From the NCBI GenBank assembly GCA_023138975.1, contig JAGLON010000018.1, positions 32,381 to 96,380 on the forward strand: DNA of 64,000 nt, given 5' to 3'. The translations under genes and the position numbers were made by a program. The notes under the pieces are model-generated. The model was not told the origin of the DNA, made no database searches, and saw only the letters and a program-made list of their open reading frames with translations. This document shows, in pieces, positions 36,848 through 45,011 of the stretch. Numbering within the stretch: the stretch's first letter is position 1; the number at the start of each line of letters is the position of its first letter. Source of the stretch: Candidatus Zixiibacteriota bacterium (GTDB lineage: Bacteria > Zixibacteria > MSB-5A5 > GN15 > JAAZOE01).

Positions 36848-36955
36848 ACAATTAATGAAGTTTTTAGTAGTAAAGCGGAGAGGTGTTTCTTCCTATTCTA
36901 TTGCTGTACATAGTGTTATGGCGTTATAATTATTATGGCGGAGAGGCAGGGATTC
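36848..36955 (-). repeat. att-like junction at tRNA (attL-like): P'-arm plus 22-nt core overlapping the tRNA 3' end
   Basis: 36848-36933 is about 70% identical to 12407-12495. The core at 36934-36955 is shared with 4528-4549 and 12496-12517. Confidence 0.6.
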
Positions 36956-37025
36956 GAACCCTGGAACGAGTTACCCCGTTAACTGCTTAGCAGGCAGCTG
37001 CCTTCAGCCGCTCGGCCACCTCTCC
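36936..37025 (-). tRNA. tRNA-Ser (anticodon GCU), class II long variable arm, CCA encoded
   Basis: The minus strand reads GGAGAGGTGGCCGAGCGGCTGAAGGCAGCTGCCTGCTAAGCAGTTAACGGGGTAACTCGTTCCAGGGTTCGAATCCCTGCCTCTCCGCCA. It has a 7-bp acceptor stem, the anticodon loop CT-GCT-AA, and the T-arm CAGGG-TTCGAAT-CCCTG. Confidence 0.95.
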
Positions 37026-37038
37026 GTTATGAAATGCC

Positions 37039-37066
37039 AATATAATGACATTTTATCATTTTTCAA
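37039..37066 (-). promoter_or_regulatory. Likely sigma70 promoter of tRNA-Ser
   Basis: On the minus strand, TTGAAA (37066-37061), a 16-nt spacer, then TATATT (37044-37039). The -10 element ends 13 nt before the mature 5' end. Confidence 0.45.
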
Positions 37067-37120
37067 CTGATTTTTGGATGTTAGTGAAGATTTTTAAGAT
37101 ATAAATGGAAACTAAAACTT

Positions 37121-38560
37121 CTAATCTTTCTTTTCAGGCTTATACTCTTCATGTATAATAGTGCTTCCCCGAAGACTAAAGTATGAAGGTCCCATGACAT
37201 CTGTGATTTCTTTGTAAATAATGCCAAATTGAAGTACCACTCCGGGATAAACGTTTTTAATGGCGATGATTCTTGCCCGTTGATTTTGTTGAATTCGGCT
37301 CTCTAGTTCTTCCTTTTTTGTATTAAGCTCTTCTTTCCGAACCGGCAATTTCTTTTTGTACTCCTCAAGCTTTTTTAATGCTGCTTCTTTTTGCGGATTC
37401 AATTTGCCGTCCAACTGCATTCGATAGAAAACGACCAATCCCTCATCTACTCGCTCCAAGTTCTCATCTAACTGCTTTAGTTCGAGATTGACAGCGTTAT
37501 ATGTCTTCATTAACTTGGCATCATAAGCAACCTGCAATTCGGTACGGGTCCCAGCTTCCGTCCCCAGACATGTCGCCTTGATTTCGTCTTTTGCTTTAAC
37601 ACGGCCACCGACAATACGTCCTTTTGAACTTGTAACATTAACGTGTTCACCCGCAGTAATCATGCTATTAAAAACTTCTCCACCAATATTAACATTCTGT
37701 CCAGCCACAATTATCTGATCATTAACATATTTACAATGGATATCTCCAACGGCCTGCAATAATCCGCTTTGACTTCCCAGAAAACCGCCCTTGACCATGA
37801 TATTTCCGCCGCTGAGGACCTTGGCATCAGCAACATTTTTCCTGATCTCTACGTCACCCTTAACTATTACCTCAAAATTTGACTCAACATTACCTTTTAT
37901 AATCAGCGATCCGTTATGCTTGATATTTCCGGTTTCCGTATTCACAGCACCCACTGTATGCACTTCATTTACGCTTGTTCGTTTACCAGTCGTGACAATA
38001 GAACCGTCAATATCTGCAAATAAACTAAGACCATCTTCTGAGACTCGAGTATTTGCTCCCGCAGGTAAAGGTATGTCCTTACCCTTAGGGGCAGGAACTG
38101 ATTCACCTAGAACATTTGTCCCCTCTTCTCCATTTCCGACCGGAGTTTTTATTATTAAAAGCTGATCTTTTTCGGCTGAGCGAACAAAATTAATATCTTT
38201 GTAGTCAATTCGACCGTCGTCATCTTCTTTGGGTTTTAGTTTTTGTAATGCTTCAAATTTATATTCTAGAGATGCATCTCTACCGGGTACCGGAGGTACT
38301 CCAAAGGCGACTTCAACGTTTTCATCATATTTGGCTTCGCTTACAATAGAAGCCAGGGCATCGCCATTAATACCAAAAGTGATATTCTTTTGCTCCAAAG
38401 CAGATTTAATATCATCAAGGGAAATCGGTTCTGAGTCATCTGAAGGAAACGGAACACGGACTTTTACACTCATTTTATTGGGAGATGTAACAACACGAAT
38501 AATAGCTAAATTCGTCGTATTTTCTTGTGTTTGCTCACTCTGTTGAGGTTGCGCACTCAT
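37121..38560 (-). CDS. FapA/DUF342-like flagellar-associated protein
   Basis: 479 aa. It has an N-terminal domain, then beta-helix-like repeats (GNIKHNGSLIIKGNVESNFEVIVKGDVEIRKNV...), then a C-terminal coiled coil. It is the last gene of the co-directional operon. Confidence 0.65.
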   Translation of the reverse strand: MSAQPQQSEQTQENTTNLAIIRVVTSPNKMSVKVRVPFPSDDSEPISLDDIKSALEQKNITFGINGDALASIVSEAKYDENVEVAFGVPPVPGRDASLEYKFEALQKLKPKEDDDGRIDYKDINFVRSAEKDQLLIIKTPVGNGEEGTNVLGESVPAPKGKDIPLPAGANTRVSEDGLSLFADIDGSIVTTGKRTSVNEVHTVGAVNTETGNIKHNGSLIIKGNVESNFEVIVKGDVEIRKNVADAKVLSGGNIMVKGGFLGSQSGLLQAVGDIHCKYVNDQIIVAGQNVNIGGEVFNSMITAGEHVNVTSSKGRIVGGRVKAKDEIKATCLGTEAGTRTELQVAYDAKLMKTYNAVNLELKQLDENLERVDEGLVVFYRMQLDGKLNPQKEAALKKLEEYKKKLPVRKEELNTKKEELESRIQQNQRARIIAIKNVYPGVVLQFGIIYKEITDVMGPSYFSLRGSTIIHEEYKPEKKD

Positions 38561-38584
38561 GTGAGGCCTTTCGCCGAATTATTA

Positions 38585-38995
38585 TTATACTCGTATCTTA
38601 CCCGACATCAGTCGCCAATAGGCACGTTCAACAATCAGGTTAATTTCAAAACTCTTAAACGGTTTAGTGATATACTCATCAGCTCCCAGCAACAAAGCAT
38701 CTTTGACACTAAAGGAATCACCGTACGCGGTCATCATAATAATACCCATATCTGAGTGCTTTTTACGGACAATTTTCAATAGCTCAAAACCATTTAAACG
38801 AGGCATCTTGATGTCTGAAATAAGAAGATTGTACTCCTTTGTTTCAAGTTTTTCAAGAGCATCTTCCCCATCAATTGCCGTATCTACCTGATAACCTTCT
38901 TTAGCAAGGATTTTGACCAAAAGATTTCTCAGCATCTCCTCGTCATCAACTGCCAAAATCGAGATTTTACTTTTCATATTGTCAGCCATATTCAC
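38585..38995 (-). CDS. Stand-alone response-regulator receiver (CheY-like)
   Basis: REC motifs are ILAVDDEE, LLISDIKMP, MMTAYG and ITKPF. Confidence 0.85.
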   Translation of the reverse strand: MNMADNMKSKISILAVDDEEMLRNLLVKILAKEGYQVDTAIDGEDALEKLETKEYNLLISDIKMPRLNGFELLKIVRKKHSDMGIIMMTAYGDSFSVKDALLLGADEYITKPFKSFEINLIVERAYWRLMSGKIRV

Positions 38996-39065
38996 TTCAC
39001 ATTAAATTAGTAACTTATATATCTTTTCGGAATTTTCTGAATATTATTGAGAAGTATTTGTGATT

Positions 39066-39512
39066 TCAACATTTGTCTTCAGCAACTTCTACCAATTCTT
39101 GCACAAATTCATCAATTCCTACTGGTTTGTGGAGAACTCTGCAGCCCCCCATTTGTCCGGCTTGTTCAATAAGGCTGTCAGTAGCATTTCCGGTAACAAT
39201 TATTACTGGCAAATGCGGCTTTTTCCTTTTTATCTGCTCTATAGCTTCGATTCCCGAGATTTCCGGCATAACCAGATCTATTGTAATAATATCAAATTTT
39301 CTATCGTCCACCAGATCAATCGCTTCTTGTCCGCTTGATGCCGTATGAACGTTGAATAGAGGGGATGACAGACAAAAATCTCGAAAAACGTCTCGAACAT
39401 TATCCTCATCATCAACAATAAGTATATTTAATGGACGGCCATCTCTTTTTTCTATTAATTTTTCTACAGTATTATTCATGGGTTGCTCCATTATGCCTTC
39501 CAACCGATTCAA
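39066..39512 (-). CDS. Stand-alone response-regulator receiver (CheY-like)
   Basis: REC motifs are ILIVDDEDN, IITIDLVMP, IIVTGNA and LHKP. Confidence 0.85.
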   Translation of the reverse strand: MNRLEGIMEQPMNNTVEKLIEKRDGRPLNILIVDDEDNVRDVFRDFCLSSPLFNVHTASSGQEAIDLVDDRKFDIITIDLVMPEISGIEAIEQIKRKKPHLPVIIVTGNATDSLIEQAGQMGGCRVLHKPVGIDEFVQELVEVAEDKC

Positions 39513-39538
39513 ACAGCCAACATCTAGTATACACCGGT

Positions 39539-40477
39539 TTACATTTGAAGAATTTTCTCACAATCTATTACTAATATTAATTTACTATCCATGCGAATTA
39601 TTCCCTTCACAAACTCTGCTCCGACGGTAGAAGCCTGTGGCGGAATCGGTTCAAGCTTGGCACTTGATACTCGCAAAACCTCGGTAACCGCATCGACAAC
39701 CATTCCAATCAGCTTATTATTATGATCAAAAACGACGATGCGAGTATTTTTATCATCCTCTCTGGATACCAATCCAACCCGATTGCGTAAATCTATAATC
39801 GGAATAACTTTTCCACGGAGATTAATTACTCCATTAACAAACACCGGAGCCTCAGGCATAGCAGTAACCAGCACTGGACGAATAATTTCCTGAACACGAT
39901 GAATGTCAACTCCGAATTCCTCTTTTTCCAGCGAAAAACAGACTAGTTGAAGCTCAGTAGTTTCTGCACCAGAATCAACACTTTTCACTTTTTCATTCAG
40001 TTTTATATCTTCATCCGGGGATTCAACGGGTATTTCGATATTCTCGATAATTTGTTGAGCCTCATCGCTATCAGTAGCTTCTATCTCTTCCTGTGTATCC
40101 GCCATTTCCTCATCGGCAGAAATATCCGGTTCGGCTTCAGGTGAGGGCATAACCTCTTCCCGAATAAATTCCTGTCCATTGTCGTTAAGAGCACTCTCAG
40201 AAACAGGATTTTCTTCAGTGGCGTATTCCGTTTGCGGTTCAATCGGAGCCAATTCGGCAATAACTTCTAATGGCTTCTTATCCCGCATTTCAGCTAAACT
40301 ACTCTGAGCAATACTCTTAGCGATGTTCAAAGTATTTTTTGAAGTTTTCTTCTTTGGTGCGATTTTTTTCTTAGCCGTCGTTTTCTTTTTGGCGGCAGGT
40401 TTGGCTGCCTTTTTCGTAGTTTTTCTTTTCACGGCCGTTTTCTTTGCCGCCGGTTTTTTCTTGGTAATTGTAGCCAT
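39539..40477 (-). CDS. cheW: CheW-domain coupling protein with Lys/Ala-rich histone-H1-like N-terminal tail and acidic linker
   Basis: The C-terminal ~140 aa is a typical CheW domain (FGVDIHRVQEIIRP...VINLRGKVIPIIDLR...IGMVVDAVTEVL). The N-terminus reads KKKPAAKKTAVKRKTTKKAAKPAAKKKTTAKKKIAPKKKTSK. Confidence 0.8.
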   Translation of the reverse strand: MATITKKKPAAKKTAVKRKTTKKAAKPAAKKKTTAKKKIAPKKKTSKNTLNIAKSIAQSSLAEMRDKKPLEVIAELAPIEPQTEYATEENPVSESALNDNGQEFIREEVMPSPEAEPDISADEEMADTQEEIEATDSDEAQQIIENIEIPVESPDEDIKLNEKVKSVDSGAETTELQLVCFSLEKEEFGVDIHRVQEIIRPVLVTAMPEAPVFVNGVINLRGKVIPIIDLRNRVGLVSREDDKNTRIVVFDHNNKLIGMVVDAVTEVLRVSSAKLEPIPPQASTVGAEFVKGIIRMDSKLILVIDCEKILQM

Positions 40478-40479
40478 AA

Positions 40480-40872
40480 TTAATTCACCTGATTAGAGCC
40501 TTCTAATAAACTTATCGACCGTATTACCTTTTGACTTAAATCATAAGCATAATTCAAAGAAGCCTCAATTTTATCATATGCTCCCCGTTGCTCAATAATT
40601 TTTGAAGAAGCTGGCAAGCTGAATAGCAGTGTTTTTTCATTTTTAAATGCATTCATTACATCAACGACCTGAGTCGTCGTTTTATTTATACGGCTTATAA
40701 GCTCTGTGAAGTCCTCTTCAACCCCCTTTAATTTCTTTTTCTTATTCTGGACTCTGGCTACAACAATGGCCAAATTGATAGATAGCATCTTAACTTCACT
40801 ACTTAACTCATCGACTTCCGCCGCCAGTTTCATCGCCTTACTGGTCATATTTTCAAAATCAGCCCCGTTCAC
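40480..40872 (-). CDS. Small coiled-coil protein with degenerate MCP hairpin-tip-like motif
   Basis: 130 aa. EVKMLSINLAIVVARVQNKKKKLKGVEEDFTELISR aligns in heptad register with the MCP tip [34 protein letters not shown]. There is no TM, HAMP or methylation region. Confidence 0.35.
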   Translation of the reverse strand: MNGADFENMTSKAMKLAAEVDELSSEVKMLSINLAIVVARVQNKKKKLKGVEEDFTELISRINKTTTQVVDVMNAFKNEKTLLFSLPASSKIIEQRGAYDKIEASLNYAYDLSQKVIRSISLLEGSNQVN

Positions 40873-41230
40873 AGGATTCCTTATCCAGCAACTTGTTGAT
40901 AGCTTCTTTTAAAGGCTTAAGATCGGATGATTTAATTATATAATCATCGGCCAGCCATGATTGAAAATCAGACTTATAAGTTGTAAAAGCGGTATGAAGG
41001 ATGACTCCGCTTTTATTGAAATTCTGACGCAATTGATTCAAAAATTCCAAACCATTACCGTCTCCGAGCTCAATATCCAGAATAACAACATCCGGCTCAA
41101 AGGTCGTCATTGCACCAAATGCTTCGCGGTCATTGGCCGCTACTTCAACTTTATGCCCTTCGCTTTCAAACTCCTTTTTATACAGAATTCTCAAGTGAAG
41201 CTCATCGTCAACGACTAATATTCTAGCCAT
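40859..41230 (-). CDS. Stand-alone response-regulator receiver
   Basis: REC motifs are ILVVDDEL, VVILDIELGDGNG, ILHTAF and YIIKS. Confidence 0.85.
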   Translation of the reverse strand: MARILVVDDELHLRILYKKEFESEGHKVEVAANDREAFGAMTTFEPDVVILDIELGDGNGLEFLNQLRQNFNKSGVILHTAFTTYKSDFQSWLADDYIIKSSDLKPLKEAINKLLDKESCERG

Positions 41231-43019
41231 CGTGTACCTCCTTGCGCAGGGGCATTTGAATAAACACTAACGGCCCCTCTTTTGAACCGGACTCAAAGCC
41301 CAGTATACCGCCGTGATGTTTTAAAGTCTCCTCGGCAACCAGCATTGAGAGCCTTTTGGTACTGGCTCCGGTGCCAAAGTATTGTTTTAATAATCTATCC
41401 ATATCGGTATTCAACCCATCTTTAGAATGCAGGGCAATTTCCATACGAGCAAATCCCTGATGTTCAAAAGTATTTATATCAGAGCCAACGCTGTCAGAGA
41501 TATCCTGCAATATCAACAGGAATATTTGATAAAAAGCGTGCAAAAGCTGATCGGAATTACCCCATATAGGCAGGGGCTTATCGCATAATGACAAGTTCAT
41601 TTTACTTTTGCCGTTTCCGACCCGAACCGCCATCATATTCATAGTATCATTTACCAACTCATTCATGTCCAGACACCGGTCTTTTGTTTTAGAGGCTTTT
41701 GAGAAATCTAAAACATCGGTCAAAACGGCTTCGGCCCGTTGAGTTTCGGAGATGATAATATTCAAGTATTCTGCGTCTGGTGATCCAGATGGTAAGCTTT
41801 TGAACATCAAGTTAGCAAAACCGCCAATTATAGTTAGCGGGTTTCTTAATTCATGGGCTACCGCTGAAGTAATTTCACCAATAACTGACATCTTTTCCGC
41901 TTCAATGATCTGGTTCTGTGTTTCGGCCAACCGTTGATTCATTGCCTCAAGTTCAATTGCCCGCTCTTTAATGTCTCGATACAAATATGAACGTTCAACC
42001 GCGGATGCGCTTTGATCGGCTATAAGTTTTAAAAACTGACAGTCCTGTTCAGTAATATTTTCGCCGGTTATTGCATTATCAACGACAAGTAAACCTAATG
42101 GGCGATCCTGTGAAATTAAAGGGGTTAAAGCTGCATGGCGCCCTCCGAGACATCCCAGGATACGTTCAGAAACCGGATCTAACTCGATATCATTCGATAT
42201 GATTATTGGCCGTTTCTCTTTCAAGCATCGCGCGAACAACGACCCGTTGGTGGTATCAATACGCAAGCCTCCGATAAGGTCGAACAGGTTCGTACCACTC
42301 GTTTGAGTTTTACTCTGATATAGTGACAGGGTCTCCAAAAGTGTCCGGTCATCTTGCGCTAATGCGCTCCAAATAACTCCTGCTTCTTCAGCATTTGACG
42401 GTCCAACCGCCAGACGGCCAACTAAATATTTTTCATCATCATCAAGCAAAAATAGAAAGGCTCTGTTAAAACCCAGCCCTTGCTGAGCTGTAACACCGGT
42501 CAAGATGACTTTTAGCACCTCCTGAGTATCTAGAGCCGAAGAAACGACTTGTGATATTTGCGCCAGTATCGATAGCTCATCTATCTTTCTCTTTAATTCC
42601 TGACGCTTTTTCACCTGTTCGGAAAAATCCTCAATAATGCCAAAAATACCGGAGACTTCATTATTGTCTCCGAATATAGCATGGCAGGATAAGCAGTAAT
42701 AGGCAAAATGTCCGTTCAAATTTGTTCCTGGAAAGCGATCAATTTTAAATGCTTCCCCGGTTTTGAATAGGTCTATAATCTTATCTGAAATAGGCTGAGA
42801 GAAGAAAAACTCGAGCTGTGACAAGGAAACTCGGCTCGATTTAAAAGAATCGGATAGTCCAAATATCTCCGCTGCTCGGGAATTTATATATTGAAACCGT
42901 GTTCCGCCTCCGATGATGAATAATCCGACAGGACTGGCTCCAAAATACCTTTGCATACTCTCAATAATCTCTGGCCGGCTGTCGGTATATTCTACGGTAT
43001 TTTCTATCGTCGTTATCAT
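41223..43019 (-). CDS. Cytoplasmic PAS-GAF histidine-kinase-like protein (canonical H-box, atypical ATPase-domain motifs)
   Basis: The H-box is AVAHELRNPLTIIGGFANLM. In the C-terminal domain I cannot find a canonical N-box Asn (LLILQDIS), a G1 DxGxG motif (HSKDGLNT) or a G2 GxGLG motif (GTGASTKRL). Confidence 0.7.
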   Translation of the reverse strand: MITTIENTVEYTDSRPEIIESMQRYFGASPVGLFIIGGGTRFQYINSRAAEIFGLSDSFKSSRVSLSQLEFFFSQPISDKIIDLFKTGEAFKIDRFPGTNLNGHFAYYCLSCHAIFGDNNEVSGIFGIIEDFSEQVKKRQELKRKIDELSILAQISQVVSSALDTQEVLKVILTGVTAQQGLGFNRAFLFLLDDDEKYLVGRLAVGPSNAEEAGVIWSALAQDDRTLLETLSLYQSKTQTSGTNLFDLIGGLRIDTTNGSLFARCLKEKRPIIISNDIELDPVSERILGCLGGRHAALTPLISQDRPLGLLVVDNAITGENITEQDCQFLKLIADQSASAVERSYLYRDIKERAIELEAMNQRLAETQNQIIEAEKMSVIGEITSAVAHELRNPLTIIGGFANLMFKSLPSGSPDAEYLNIIISETQRAEAVLTDVLDFSKASKTKDRCLDMNELVNDTMNMMAVRVGNGKSKMNLSLCDKPLPIWGNSDQLLHAFYQIFLLILQDISDSVGSDINTFEHQGFARMEIALHSKDGLNTDMDRLLKQYFGTGASTKRLSMLVAEETLKHHGGILGFESGSKEGPLVFIQMPLRKEVHDG

Positions 43020-43885
43020 CGCCTATCCTTATTGAATTCACCCGAACTAACTGACAGCTCATTCTGGTTGTTACTATCCTGATCAGATAGTATGTTTTCA
43101 ATCTTGTGGAGCTTATGAGTAATAAGAGATATGCGGCGGGCAGCATCTACAATTGCTTGTATACGTCGCGCTGTTTGTTTCGGAATATCGCCTGACTCCA
43201 TTTCTATTAATTGTGCCTGGCCGATAATCGTCGACAACGGATGAGTCATATCATTGCTGATGGAAGCCGCCAATTCTACTATTTCTTGAATTTGGTCGGT
43301 GTCGCCTAAGCTATCTTTGAGTCCCCTCTGCACTTCTTTGGATTCAGCCATACGTTTATTCTTGGCATCTAATTCATGTCTCAGTTTAATCCTCTCAATT
43401 GATAGCGCCACCATATCTGCCACTGCCTCAAAAATTAGTCGCTCGTGCGGCTCAAAGGCGTTTGGACGCATATCACTAAAGCAAAGGACTCCTTCTATCT
43501 CATCCTCAATCTCAAGTGGAAGGATAATTACCGAATTATGATGTTCCCGCACACCTGCGAATCGAGGGTTTTTTCCCGGTATATATAAAGCACGTTTCTG
43601 CTCAACAGCCCAAGCCGCCAATCCTGTCCCTTGGCTGAAATTTAAAAAACTGACAAGATTTACCGTCTCTCCGAGTGATGTAACTTCTTCAAGCGTATCA
43701 CGCTGTTTATTCATAAGAAAAAGAGTCGCAGATTCGTAGGTGATGGTACCGGAAATAATGTTCAGTACCTTCAAAAGTGTTTTACGGCCGGCCGGATTTT
43801 TCCTAAAAGTCCGCGTTATTTCGGACAAAAGGCTGGCATAATCCTTAGACTGATCAGTTTCTGTTTTTACAGTCACGGAGCTCAC
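43016..43885 (-). CDS. GAF + DHp-like protein lacking a catalytic ATPase domain and apparently lacking the phospho-acceptor His
   Basis: 289 aa with a GAF-like N-terminal part. The H-box-like ISNDMTHPLSTIIGQAQLI aligns to xSHELRTPLxxIxG with Asn in the His position. The protein ends ~80 aa later. It has an ATGA overlap with the downstream kinase gene. Confidence 0.55.
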   Translation of the reverse strand: MSSVTVKTETDQSKDYASLLSEITRTFRKNPAGRKTLLKVLNIISGTITYESATLFLMNKQRDTLEEVTSLGETVNLVSFLNFSQGTGLAAWAVEQKRALYIPGKNPRFAGVREHHNSVIILPLEIEDEIEGVLCFSDMRPNAFEPHERLIFEAVADMVALSIERIKLRHELDAKNKRMAESKEVQRGLKDSLGDTDQIQEIVELAASISNDMTHPLSTIIGQAQLIEMESGDIPKQTARRIQAIVDAARRISLITHKLHKIENILSDQDSNNQNELSVSSGEFNKDRR

Positions 43886-44503
43886 TTACCGTCCTTTCAA
43901 ATGAAGTTTAATCTCATTGATAATTTCCACCGCTGCTTTTTCTTCGAGCTTTTTCATGAATTTGTATTTTTTCGGAGCCGACAAATGCAGATTGGGATCA
44001 TCCGGATAATCCTCGGCTACCTGCCATTGTCGCGGCCCGGTGAGTCGAGTTTTCAGCTCCCAGGTACCCACTACTTTGCTGCGATTTAAATCAATTAAGC
44101 TATAAACCCCGTCAACCTGACCCTCTACAATATAACGGCTGAGTAGAAATGGTATCGAAGTGCGCTTTCGCCGGACGATTCTCCGCTCTTCAATTTGCAA
44201 ATAAATAATATACCGCGAACCAACTTCATGCCCCCACTCAATTAGCCGTTCAAGATTAAATCGGTTATCAGGCATTTTCGGAATTGTACTGTCATCTTCG
44301 AGCACTATCACCTGCAGACCAACTTGCAACAGCAAGCGATCGTACAGCTTATCCAACAATGTAAAATCATTGAACTTTGTATCAGGTTTCTCGAAGATAA
44401 CCGACACAGTTCTTCTATTGGTTTGCGCCTGCGCGGTTGACATTAATCCAATTAGGATTAATACCGCGAGAAGTATTAATGTTTTCTTAAGCATCTTTTT
44501 CAT
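43886..44503 (-). CDS. Secreted hypothetical protein
   Basis: The signal peptide reads MKKMLKKTLILLAVLILIGLMSTAQAQ. I recognise no motif. It is tightly packed in the operon. Confidence 0.5.
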   Translation of the reverse strand: MKKMLKKTLILLAVLILIGLMSTAQAQTNRRTVSVIFEKPDTKFNDFTLLDKLYDRLLLQVGLQVIVLEDDSTIPKMPDNRFNLERLIEWGHEVGSRYIIYLQIEERRIVRRKRTSIPFLLSRYIVEGQVDGVYSLIDLNRSKVVGTWELKTRLTGPRQWQVAEDYPDDPNLHLSAPKKYKFMKKLEEKAAVEIINEIKLHLKGR

Positions 44504-45011
44504 CGCCTAATTTACGCGAATAGACATAATTATTAAGCAACTCACGGAGTCTTTCATTGAATGACATCAGATCTTCCGGAAGCTGCTCAATTTCAATTGT
44601 GCTGAGATTATCCGATAATTGTTCGCGCGTTATTGACTCTACTCCTATTAGATAGCCGCCGGAATCAAGCTCAACCCGCTTCACCCGGCCAAGAATATTA
44701 TGAAGAGTTTCGCATCCTTCAAGATGTATCGACATAGACAGTAGTGTATTTTCCAATACCGGTTTTTTCACAAACACCAGCATACCGCCGCCTGATATAT
44801 TTATTATTTCTCCTTCACCTACCGGCCCGTTACCTTCCGGCCAAAACCCGTCTTCATGAGTTTTAATAACTAAAAAAGTAACCGGCTCATCGATATCGAT
44901 GCGGATAAACCGACGCCGATTATCTTCCATAATCCGAAATGGCGAACGTACTTCAAAATCGATCGTAGTTGATGTTGGCAGCCCCTTTCCAGTATTATTA
45001 CCGGTCTTCAT
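44487..45011 (-). CDS. PilZ-domain c-di-GMP-binding protein (short)
   Basis: The motifs are RRRFIR (RxxxR) and NISGGG (D/NxSxxG). Confidence 0.75.
   Translation of the reverse strand: MKTGNNTGKGLPTSTTIDFEVRSPFRIMEDNRRRFIRIDIDEPVTFLVIKTHEDGFWPEGNGPVGEGEIINISGGGMLVFVKKPVLENTLLSMSIHLEGCETLHNILGRVKRVELDSGGYLIGVESITREQLSDNLSTIEIEQLPEDLMSFNERLRELLNNYVYSRKLGDEKDA

Larger units (their letters stand above)
12496..36955 (-). mobile_element. Putative island B: integrase-less island between the 12.5-kb core copy and intact tRNA-Ser
   Basis: The boundaries are as described for junction B and the tRNA junction. The cargo is the RHS toxin, the Trx/Cys-rich pair, the second sigma/anti-sigma/CHAT trio, and the type IV filament cluster. 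Part of it is visibly more AT-rich than the flanks. Confidence 0.45.
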
